IMG/VR virus record: IMGVR_UViG_3300042987_002787
Location: 1-62,534 of that record
Reading direction: 5' to 3' (one strand)
DNA from: a virus
Lineage: Duplodnaviria; Caudoviricetes
Length of the DNA: 62,534 nt
Below are positions 40,280 through 47,302 of the stretch, piece after piece. Position numbers and translations under genes: made by a program. Position 1 is the first letter of the stretch; the number at the start of each line of letters is the position of its first letter. The notes under the pieces were generated by a model. That model was not told the origin of the DNA, searched no databases, and saw only the letters and a list, made by a program, of their open reading frames with translations.

Positions 40280-40364
40280 TGGTGGGGATGGAAGGATTCG
40301 CACCTACTCACCCAAAGGAACGGATTTACAGTCCGCCGCCACTCTCTAACTTAGCCGCATCCCC
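40280..40364 (-). tRNA. tRNA-Tyr(GTA)
   Basis: Class II, CT-GTA-AA. Confidence 0.9.
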
Positions 40365-40799
40365 TTAAAAAATTCTTGCTGTTACGCTCCATCTGTATCT
40401 ATCAGCTTCGATACCTTCAACCGAATGATATGTATCTGCTTTTAAAATATGCCAGCGAAATGGTTCAATTTGATATTGATCTAGCAAATTAAAGTCGTCG
40501 TCCCAAAATCTAGTTACAACATTAGAACCACCTGTATCAATAATATACACAAATTTTGTTTTTGTGTCTATGTCTTTATGACGAGGTATGTCACCGGTCA
40601 TCATTTGAAATGCATAATATATATCTTTACAAATATTTTCCTGTGCCCAAGCATTTAGCTTTTCATTAAACGAGTCAGTCCAATGGTAATTTTCAATAGT
40701 TTCTTTTTTATAAACATCAAGTTTATTCGGAAGATTCTGTATTATCTCCTCCGGAATAGATGGCAAGTTTACGTATTGAATATATCTTGATTTATACAT
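40365..40799 (-). CDS. putative 2OG-Fe(II) oxygenase-fold protein
   Basis: HKD...YHSV...R pattern. Confidence 0.55.
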   Translation of the reverse strand: MYKSRYIQYVNLPSIPEEIIQNLPNKLDVYKKETIENYHWTDSFNEKLNAWAQENICKDIYYAFQMMTGDIPRHKDIDTKTKFVYIIDTGGSNVVTRFWDDDFNLLDQYQIEPFRWHILKADTYHSVEGIEADRYRWSVTARIF

Positions 40800-40805
40800 A
40801 AGTTT

Positions 40806-40879
40806 TGGTGGAGGATAACAGAATCGAACTGTTACGAAGGCCTTGCAAAGGCCCCAGGCTCCCTTTACATCAATCCCCC
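40806..40879 (-). tRNA. tRNA-Ala(TGC)
   Basis: G3:U70, TT-TGC-AA. Confidence 0.92.
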
Positions 40880-40881
40880 AA

Positions 40882-41130
40882 TTATTCTCTTACTTGTTTT
40901 GCATCAACGCACGTTTCGCCTTTGAATACATACACATCAGAGTCTACACGTAGTTGTTCAAATACTTGATTGTTTACACAAATATATGGATCTTTGTGAT
41001 TTTCCATATAAAAGAAAATGCCATAGCCAATACCAGCTAACACCATTAATATTGGTATATATTTTAGATACTTAACAATTTCAGGCATGGCACCTAAAAT
41101 TTGTGGTAAGTTTTTAAGCAATTCTTTCAT
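40882..41130 (-). CDS. single-TM membrane protein
   Basis: TAAATA-N5-ATG; TM helix. Confidence 0.6.
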   Translation of the reverse strand: MKELLKNLPQILGAMPEIVKYLKYIPILMVLAGIGYGIFFYMENHKDPYICVNNQVFEQLRVDSDVYVFKGETCVDAKQVRE

Positions 41131-41144
41131 GCTCGTATTTATAA

Positions 41145-41220
41145 TGGCACACCCAACCGGATTCGAACCGGTGTAACCACCGTGAAAGGGTGGTGTCCTA
41201 GGCCACTAGACGATGGGTGC
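41145..41220 (-). tRNA. tRNA-Glu(TTC)
   Basis: CT-TTC-AC, G73. Confidence 0.92.
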
Positions 41221-41222
41221 TT

Positions 41223-41384
41223 TTATTTTGCTTCTCTACATTCTACTACCAGTTTACTTTTGACAATTCTTAATCTTTGATCCCACACTCGGGCAGATTC
41301 TACACACTTTTGTTCTGTAGCAAATTTATCATAAACTGTGAAATTTTCAGGAAATTGTAACCAAAAAACTAGTATCCAAGTCAT
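41223..41384 (-). CDS. small two-Cys protein (MTWILVFW...)
   Basis: GGAG SD; start moved outside tRNA-Arg. Confidence 0.6.
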   Translation of the reverse strand: MTWILVFWLQFPENFTVYDKFATEQKCVESARVWDQRLRIVKSKLVVECREAK

Positions 41385-41400
41385 TCCAATCTCCCGGTCA

Positions 41401-41475
41401 TGGCACCTCTGGATGGAATCGAACCACCATCGCAAGTTTCGTAGACTCGCATCCTATCCGTTGAACGACAGAGGC
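41401..41475 (-). tRNA. tRNA-Arg(ACG)
   Basis: CT-ACG-AA. Confidence 0.92.
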
Positions 41476-41477
41476 AA

Positions 41478-41636
41478 TATATTAGTAAGTGCTATAGGAC
41501 CAATTTAGGCGTCCACTGCTAAGTGTGCCAAAGCCGCTGTCGGTTATGTTAGGACCCATCCCCGGCCGGGAGTGCCCGCATAGTGAGCACGTCTGCTTAC
41601 GATACCCGTTTTTCATCTATAACACTTACTGATATA
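41478..41636 (-). ncRNA. candidate ncRNA closed by a ~20-bp terminal stem
   Basis: ATATCAGTAAGTGTTATAG...CTATAGCACTTACTAATAT; GC-rich interior. Confidence 0.55.
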
Positions 41637-41646
41637 CTGCAAAATC

Positions 41647-41743
41647 ATATTGAAACACACTAGGGGATTCGAACCGCCTCACTGTCGGCATCGGACAGCA
41701 TTACCACCCGTCGTGCGCCCTTCGGCTTAGTGTGCTTCAATAT
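41647..41743 (-). ncRNA. tRNA-like ncRNA with extended closing stem, no CCA
   Basis: ATATTGAAGCACACTA...TAGTGTGTTTCAATAT; T-arm GG-TTCGAAT-CC; 5-bp stem with 7-nt loop. Confidence 0.6.
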
Positions 41744-41746
41744 AAT

Positions 41747-41933
41747 TGCTCGGGCCACGCTTTTCCACGGTCGCCCCCAAGCTGGAGTTGTTGCCCTGTC
41801 CGAACACTGTTTGGCATATGGCCGACGAAGTGTCCACGCTGCTAGGTTGTCTGCATCTAGTTGCGCTGTCGGTGCCCTAGCCACCGGGATCATATCGTGT
41901 CCCCACGCTACTTTCAGGAAAGTAGTAACCGGA
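41747..41933 (-). ncRNA. candidate structured ncRNA
   Basis: GC-rich, no credible ORF; CTACTTT-CCTG-AAAGTAG hairpin at the 5' end. Confidence 0.45.
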
Positions 41934-41936
41934 ATC

Positions 41937-42200
41937 TTAACTCGCCCAGACTAGTGCAAATGCAACTGCTAGGCCGTTGTTTGCGAATCTATAAGTATCG
42001 CCTGAATCAAAGTAATCATTACCGCAGCGATATCCGTGATCTGTAAACCATTTTACGATTGCACGATCTCTTTCTATCATTTTGTTGCGAACTTTTAATC
42101 TTGCAGCACCAAATTCTGCCGCTTCTGCTTCTTCGACTAGATCGGCAAAAAATGGTTCGCGATCTAACAAAACATTTAAATGCGGATATACTTGTTTCAT
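41937..42200 (-). CDS. hypothetical phage protein
   Basis: AAGGAG SD before MKQVY. Confidence 0.6.
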   Translation of the reverse strand: MKQVYPHLNVLLDREPFFADLVEEAEAAEFGAARLKVRNKMIERDRAIVKWFTDHGYRCGNDYFDSGDTYRFANNGLAVAFALVWAS

Positions 42201-42252
42201 CTGCACTCCTTGATCTAATTTCAAGAGTATAGCACAATACATCTTTTTGGTA

Positions 42253-42391
42253 CACCATATTGAAACACACTCCCAAGGGGCTGTCATTAACCCACTTGTA
42301 ACTTTGTACAACCTGTCGGGTAGCTAGTTCCGACTCTTGTACTCACCGTGAAGTTGGCACGGCAATGACAGAAATGTGCTTCAATATGGTG
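42253..42391 (-). ncRNA. candidate multibranch ncRNA sharing its closing stem with 41647-41743
   Basis: CACCATATTGAAGCACA...TGTGTTTCAATATGGTG; inner CTGTCATT/AATGACAG stem and hairpins. Confidence 0.6.
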
Positions 42392-42468
42392 CCCTGGGAG
42401 GGACTCGAACCCCCACGCTCTCGCACTTGCTCCTAAGGCAAGCGTGTCTACCATTTCACCACCGGGGC
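42387..42468 (-). tRNA. tRNA-Leu(TAG)
   Basis: Class II, CT-TAG-GA. Confidence 0.92.
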
Positions 42469-42566
42469 AATATGCTTATTGTTAATGAACGTGTACTGCA
42501 CTATTTCATTATAATAGCAAAATACATATTTTAGGTCTACCTTTATTTTGTTGCTATTTTGTTAAC

Positions 42567-42642
42567 TGGTAGTAGAGGTCAGACTCGAACTGACGATACA
42601 CACCGTATGAAGGTGCTGCATTGGCCACTATGCTACTCTACC
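42567..42642 (-). tRNA. tRNA-Met/Ile2(CAT)
   Basis: TT-CAT-AC loop, CCA. Confidence 0.85.
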
Positions 42643-42643
42643 A

Positions 42644-42720
42644 TGGTACCCTGTCTTGGATTTGAACCAAGGACTCCCACCTTATCAAGATGGTACTCTT
42701 ACCAACTGAGTTAACAGGGC
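42644..42720 (-). tRNA. tRNA-Ile(GAT)
   Basis: TT-GAT-AA. Confidence 0.92.
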
Positions 42721-42728
42721 ATGCTAAT

Positions 42729-42803
42729 TGGCCGGTCCTGAGAGATTCGAACTCCCGACAGCTGGTTTCGAAGACCAGAACTCTTCCGCTGAGCTAAGGA
42801 CCG
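42729..42803 (-). tRNA. tRNA-Arg(TCG)
   Basis: CT-TCG-AA. Confidence 0.9.
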
Positions 42804-42816
42804 TTAAATATAAAAT

Positions 42817-43950
42817 ATGGCAAATACAAGTAATTACTGTGCTTTACCTTTTAGAGGTATGCAAATATGGACCGACGGATCTTTAAAACCTTGTTGTATG
42901 TACAATCAAGATTTGCATGTTGGTAAAATTTACAATATAAACGAATACAATGAATGGTGGTCTAACGGACTCACAACATTACGAAATAATTTTATAGAAC
43001 AAAAACCTCCGGCAAGTTGTTCGCTTTGTTTTAACAAAACTTTTCAAAATTCAGGAGTGCGTGTAAATGTTAATAACTGGATGGTTAATAATCAAGTTGA
43101 TTTTACTATAAGTGAAACTCCTGAACATATTGATATAACATTCGGAAATGTCTGCAACTTAAAATGTATAATGTGTAGTTCTTTTTCTAGTAGTAAAATT
43201 GAAGCCGAGTATCAACAACACAAGCAAAAATACAACTCAATAGGCATTATTCATCCTGCCATGCCTAAATTAAACAAATGGTGGGAAGATTCAAAAATTT
43301 TAGAGCAAGTATTGCACATAATTTCTAAAGCCAAATACATAAACTTTTCGGGCGGAGAACCGTTATTGACCCCACAAATAGTTGATATGTTGAAAGTAAC
43401 TCCTAAAAATTGTCAAGTTGAAATAAACACCAATTTAACAAAACTTACCGACGAACATATTGATTGTTTAAGGAAATTTGATCTAGCTAGAATAAGTATT
43501 AGCTTAGATGGAGTAGGTCCTCATCATGAATATGTTCGTTATGATTCCAATTGGAGCGAAATAGAAAATAATATTAATAAACTATTTGGCGCCAATATAA
43601 AAAATTTAGAAATCGCTTTTAGTTACATTTTACAACATACATCAATTTATACCTTTCCGAGTTTTTGGAATTATATGAAAGATTTTACTAATAGAATTAG
43701 AATATCCGAAGTTGTTCCTAACACTCACAAAGATAATCTAATGACCATTAACTCTGCTCATCCAACAGATGTATCAAAATTTCAACAGTGGCTTATTCAT
43801 AATCCTAACAAATATTCCAACATTCTAGAAACTTGGATAGACAACTATAAATTTGACCTACAATCTCACAATGAATTTAAACAATATATGTCAACTATCG
43901 ATCAAATTCGTGGATGTGATTTTGTTAAAACTTTCAATCCAAGTTGGTAA
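42817..43950 (+). CDS. radical SAM protein with N-terminal SPASM/twitch-like Cys cluster
   Basis: CALPF...G...PCC...CSLC; CNLKCIMC; SGGEP. Confidence 0.88.
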   Translation: MANTSNYCALPFRGMQIWTDGSLKPCCMYNQDLHVGKIYNINEYNEWWSNGLTTLRNNFIEQKPPASCSLCFNKTFQNSGVRVNVNNWMVNNQVDFTISETPEHIDITFGNVCNLKCIMCSSFSSSKIEAEYQQHKQKYNSIGIIHPAMPKLNKWWEDSKILEQVLHIISKAKYINFSGGEPLLTPQIVDMLKVTPKNCQVEINTNLTKLTDEHIDCLRKFDLARISISLDGVGPHHEYVRYDSNWSEIENNINKLFGANIKNLEIAFSYILQHTSIYTFPSFWNYMKDFTNRIRISEVVPNTHKDNLMTINSAHPTDVSKFQQWLIHNPNKYSNILETWIDNYKFDLQSHNEFKQYMSTIDQIRGCDFVKTFNPSW

Positions 43951-44026
43951 TGGTGCCGACTCCTGGTTACGCTCCAGGCCATTCTGCTCTTCAGGCAGAC
44001 GCTTCCACTAGGTTAGCTTAGACGGC
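43951..44026 (-). tRNA. tRNA-Phe(GAA), atypical T-loop
   Basis: CT-GAA-GA; T-loop AGCGTAA; CCA. Confidence 0.82.
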
Positions 44027-44027
44027 A

Positions 44028-44103
44028 TGGGGTGTCTGACCGGTATCGATCCGGTACTATCGCTTTCACAGAGCAATGTGCAGGCCACTACACCACAGAC
44101 ACC
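44028..44103 (-). tRNA. tRNA-His(GTG)
   Basis: G-1:C73, CT-GTG-AA. Confidence 0.9.
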
Positions 44104-44109
44104 ACTGAA

Positions 44110-44184
44110 TGGTAGGGGATGAGGGATTCGAACCCCCGCATGGCGGAATCAAAATCCGCTGTCTTACCGCTTGACGAATCCCCG
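44110..44184 (-). tRNA. tRNA-Gln(TTG)
   Basis: TT-TTG-AT, unpaired 1:72. Confidence 0.9.
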
Positions 44185-44185
44185 A

Positions 44186-44335
44186 CTAACTTGGTATTAC
44201 TTTTGGAATATATGGAACATTCCTAGGCCCGTGACGCTGTTCAAATAACATACGTGCCTCTTGAAGATCCTTTGCATACACTCGATCTTTAGTATCACCT
44301 TGCGGCGTTCTTACTGTAGTTTCATACATTGGCAT
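44186..44335 (-). CDS. small hypothetical protein (MPMYETTVRTPQG..., 49 aa)
   Basis: AAGGAG SD; manually translated. Confidence 0.6.
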   Translation of the reverse strand: MPMYETTVRTPQGDTKDRVYAKDLQEARMLFEQRHGPRNVPYIPKVIPS

Positions 44336-44386
44336 TACCGTCTCCTTGTACCATATAGAAATACACTCAATAAATGCACTTGTGTA

Positions 44387-44463
44387 TGGTGGGTGCGGTG
44401 AGACTCGAACTCACGACTCTCTGATTAAAAGTCAGATACTCTAACCAACTGAGTTACGCACCC
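44387..44463 (-). tRNA. tRNA-Lys(TTT)
   Basis: CT-TTT-AA. Confidence 0.93.
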
Positions 44464-44616
44464 AGGCGTTTGGGACCGCCGTCCGTCTTATCACTATCCA
44501 TATGTCTCCTTAAAAATATATTTTACATCTATTTTACATTACGGTCAACCATTATTAAAACTGCTATTGTAAAAATTAATACTGTCAAAGCCCCATGGTG
44601 ATCACCCTTTCTTAAA

Positions 44617-45165
44617 TTAATTTAACAAATGTGTTGGTTCCGGTTTAAATCTAAAACTTACCATACGTCTGATATTTGGACCATTTTCTACTGAATGATA
44701 CTCTCTCACATTTACTAGTGTAGGCGAAACAATTTCGTGTTCATCCAACTTGGTTGCATATTTTTCTGAGTAAAAATGTAGGGCGTTATTCTTTTGAAAA
44801 CCTCCGTCCACGGTCACTACATCAATTGGAGCATTTTCTTCTAATTTCCACCAGATCATCTTTGTGCCTTGACAATTGCAAATTGGCCAATTTAGTGCTA
44901 AAAATTTAGGAAACTCTGGTGTACCATCATGATGTATTCGTATACCAGCAAATGGTTGAGAAACATATTCCCTAAAAATTTCTGGATATAAGTCAAGCTC
45001 AACAAATTGACTGTATAACTTAGGAACACGAGTTTTTATTAATTCACAATCAAATACTTTTGTAACTTTTAAATTTGGATTAAACTCTTGAGCAATGTGT
45101 AACAATTGTTGAGTTATTTCCGGCACATAATCAAACTTTAAGTTTTTGTATAAAAACATGTTCAT
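44617..45165 (-). CDS. putative 2OG-Fe(II) oxygenase-fold protein
   Basis: IHHDG...ALNWPI...YHSV.N...R...S.RF. Confidence 0.6.
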   Translation of the reverse strand: MNMFLYKNLKFDYVPEITQQLLHIAQEFNPNLKVTKVFDCELIKTRVPKLYSQFVELDLYPEIFREYVSQPFAGIRIHHDGTPEFPKFLALNWPICNCQGTKMIWWKLEENAPIDVVTVDGGFQKNNALHFYSEKYATKLDEHEIVSPTLVNVREYHSVENGPNIRRMVSFRFKPEPTHLLN

Positions 45166-45171
45166 CCTCGA

Positions 45172-45348
45172 TTATTTTAAAAAAACGCAACCTGCATTGA
45201 CCCGGTAATTGTCAACTTGAACTGTTTTCAATACTTGTTCTTTGGCTACCATGCATTCTTCACGACTGTTAAATTTTGCCTGTATGCTACCGCTACTGGT
45301 CAGAGAGCCAGGCGATACACTAAACAGACTGATTACTAGAACCCACAT
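45172..45348 (-). CDS. small two-Cys protein (MWVLVISLF..., 58 aa)
   Basis: AAGGAGG SD; manually translated. Confidence 0.65.
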   Translation of the reverse strand: MWVLVISLFSVSPGSLTSSGSIQAKFNSREECMVAKEQVLKTVQVDNYRVNAGCVFLK

Positions 45349-45367
45349 ACAGCCTCCTTGTTATATT

Positions 45368-45462
45368 TGGTAGTAGGCCAGGGATTCGAACCCTGTCGTT
45401 CCAGCCCGTCCGGCCAGTCTCCACGGCTTATAAAACCGCGCCGCATACCAATGCTGCCTACC
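45368..45462 (-). tRNA. non-canonical tRNA with TAT anticodon (Ile-like), minimal D-arm, 27-nt variable arm
   Basis: GGTAGGC/GCCTACT-A-CCA acceptor; GCAT-TGGT-ATGC D-arm; TT-TAT-AA; CAGGG-TTCGAAT-CCCTG. Confidence 0.8.
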
Positions 45463-45492
45463 ATTCGCTAACACACTCTGATTTCAAAGTGT

Positions 45493-45591
45493 ATGATTGA
45501 ACAGACTAGTTGCTACGGTGATAGCATGCCTACGGTCGAAGCGGCTGGGATTACAAGGCCCCAATACTTTCTTCTAATCTGCTCAATCATT
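45493..45591 (-). ncRNA. candidate ncRNA closed by a 17-bp imperfect stem
   Basis: ATGATTGAGCAGATTAG...CTAGTCTGTTCAATCAT; both deviations are G:U pairs on the minus strand. Confidence 0.55.
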
Positions 45592-45684
45592 CCTATTTTT
45601 CACACCACACAAGGTGATCCATCCAGGGCTCCGCCCGTTTGGCAATTTATAGTGCTGCCGCGGCCTCGTTCCGCATCACACTGG

Positions 45685-45849
45685 TTAGCGTCGTTTAATT
45701 AGACGGCGCATTCGTTCTGCATCTTCATTTTGCTGACGCAGTCTTTCCATTTTACCTTTAACTAATTGCTCAAGTAACCTATCGTTAAAAACAAAATTGC
45801 GCTCTTCTAATTTTTTTTGAAACGACACGATATCTTGTTCACTTGTCAT
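45685..45849 (-). CDS. small helical protein, first gene after the attenuator (MTSEQDIVSF..., 54 aa)
   Basis: AAGGA SD; manually translated. Confidence 0.6.
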   Translation of the reverse strand: MTSEQDIVSFQKKLEERNFVFNDRLLEQLVKGKMERLRQQNEDAERMRRLIKRR

Positions 45850-45861
45850 CGCTTCCTTTAT

Positions 45862-45898
45862 AAAAACAAAAACCCCAGGGTTTTGAGTCCTGGGGTTT
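45862..45898 (-). terminator. attenuator terminator hairpin
   Basis: AAACCCCAGG-ACTCAAAAC-CCTGGGGTTT-TTGTTTTT. Confidence 0.85.
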
Positions 45899-45920
45899 AA
45901 TAGAATTTAGTATACTACAC

Positions 45921-46040
45921 TTAGGTTCTATAATCCCCCAGAATACGATTACTATCACGTGTAATCATACCCCAATAGGCTGTTAGCCCCGATTCGGGTT
46001 GTGATATAAACGATTTATGTAACTGTACTGTATTCATCAT
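45921..46040 (-). CDS. putative attenuator leader peptide (39 aa)
   Basis: MMNTVQLHKSFISQPESGLTAYWGMITRDSNRILGDYRT*; lies between promoter and terminator; last codons form the antiterminator 5' arm. Confidence 0.7.
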   Translation of the reverse strand: MMNTVQLHKSFISQPESGLTAYWGMITRDSNRILGDYRT

Positions 46041-46047
46041 AGTCTCT

Positions 46048-46076
46048 ATTGTATATTTATTTATCTTTTTTGTCAA
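46048..46076 (-). promoter_or_regulatory. sigma70-type promoter at the head of the tRNA array
   Basis: TTGACA-N17-TACAAT-N7-ATG; the spacer also contains TAAATA twice. Confidence 0.8.
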
Positions 46077-46248
46077 GCGTTCCCCAATTTATTTTCAGCC
46101 ATATTCTTTCATGAACATAATGTAAAACTGTTAAAACAATATTAGCCATAATTGCCCCACTCCATCCGGCCCATATAGCTGTTACCACGGTTGCTATTAC
46201 TCTCCAACAAACTGCTCTTGCCACAGTTCTTTTGTGTGATTCTGTCAA
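46057..46248 (-). CDS. DUF2061-like small membrane protein
   Basis: ESHKRT.A.A..WR..AT...Y.HER.W..I.WG. Confidence 0.72.
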   Translation of the reverse strand: MTESHKRTVARAVCWRVIATVVTAIWAGWSGAIMANIVLTVLHYVHERIWLKINWGTLDKKDK

Positions 46249-46286
46249 TGCGTTCTCCTAAAAAAAAACCCCTTTCGGGGCAAATA

Positions 46287-46682
46287 TTATTTTGTAAGCT
46301 TACCTAACATTCGATATCCTTTTGCTGTTGGATGCACACCATCAGGTGATAGTTCAGGTATATTTATAAAAGTATCGCCATAACTTCTAGCAATCTTTTG
46401 TACTATTTCTTGTTTCTGTGGTTGATTAGCAGGTACGATCCAAAACACTCGATCGGACTTGACACTATGCCTTAGTGCCACTAGCTCTATTTGTGTGTTA
46501 AGTAGTCTATAGTCATTACTGCCCAAACTGATAATTGTAGTCTGGGCAGGTTTAACCTTTCTTATATAGATGTTGTTCCAGTCATGACTGTTAATACCAC
46601 TTTGTGCATAGGTTACACATTCGGTTCTAACTTGGCCTATACCTTTGGCGATACTGTCACCTACTATTAAACACTCTAACAC
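46287..46682 (-). CDS. SGNH/GDSL hydrolase
   Basis: GDSI, LGSND, DGVHP. Confidence 0.85.
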   Translation of the reverse strand: MLECLIVGDSIAKGIGQVRTECVTYAQSGINSHDWNNIYIRKVKPAQTTIISLGSNDYRLLNTQIELVALRHSVKSDRVFWIVPANQPQKQEIVQKIARSYGDTFINIPELSPDGVHPTAKGYRMLGKLTK

Positions 46683-46693
46683 ACTGCCTCCTG

Positions 46694-47302
46694 TTAAGAT
46701 AAAATAAGATTAGGTTGCCCGAAAAAGTCTGCGGTTAAAGTTCTTACTGTACCAACGGGCACTCTTGTGCTATGCGTATAATGAGTATGATCCACACCCA
46801 CAGTCAATTCAGAGGCATTATGCAATGAGTCGATCATGTCTGCAGTTAATTCAAAACGCAGAAAATGTACCGCTGCTGTTTTTAGATCTGTGCTGCGATC
46901 AAGATCTTCATCTGCAATGGCATATACAGGTTGATGTCCTTCGACTTTGATATACACACGGTCTTCAATTCCTTGTAATAGAGACAACTGCTGCGCTCTC
47001 ACCGCAGGATCGCTGTATTCTAGTGTAAGGGTAGCTTTTAGGTTGTTTCCTGAAGGAATAAGCGGATTGTAAGCATCAAGTTCATCTTGAATTCCTTGCT
47101 GACTAAATGTGCGCTCGATTAACAGCATCTCTTGAATTTGATACTGGACTGTAACACGATCTTCAAAATGTAAGGTCATGTTCATACCCAACTTAATCTG
47201 TCTGCGCTTGCGGTGTTCCACAGCCCGGCGTTTAAAATCCGGGCGGTGGGCACTATATTGTTCCAGCGAATATAGGTCTTGTGCAGTCAGCATATTAGGC
47301 AT
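46694..47302 (-). CDS. DUF3501-family protein
   Basis: FE...TV.YQIQEM...E; EL.AYNPLIP; AVHFLRF; adjacent to rubrerythrin. Confidence 0.85.
   Translation of the reverse strand: MPNMLTAQDLYSLEQYSAHRPDFKRRAVEHRKRRQIKLGMNMTLHFEDRVTVQYQIQEMLLIERTFSQQGIQDELDAYNPLIPSGNNLKATLTLEYSDPAVRAQQLSLLQGIEDRVYIKVEGHQPVYAIADEDLDRSTDLKTAAVHFLRFELTADMIDSLHNASELTVGVDHTHYTHSTRVPVGTVRTLTADFFGQPNLILS

Noticed and set aside
41660-42311. Track ORFs 41660-41893, 41730-41954, 41861-42046, 42019-42276 and the 5' extension of 41937-42311
   Set aside because: No SD, atypical composition, and overlap with structured RNA candidates
45493-45702. Plus-strand 69-aa ORF
   Set aside because: Antisense to the tRNA operon, no SD, coincides with RNA stems
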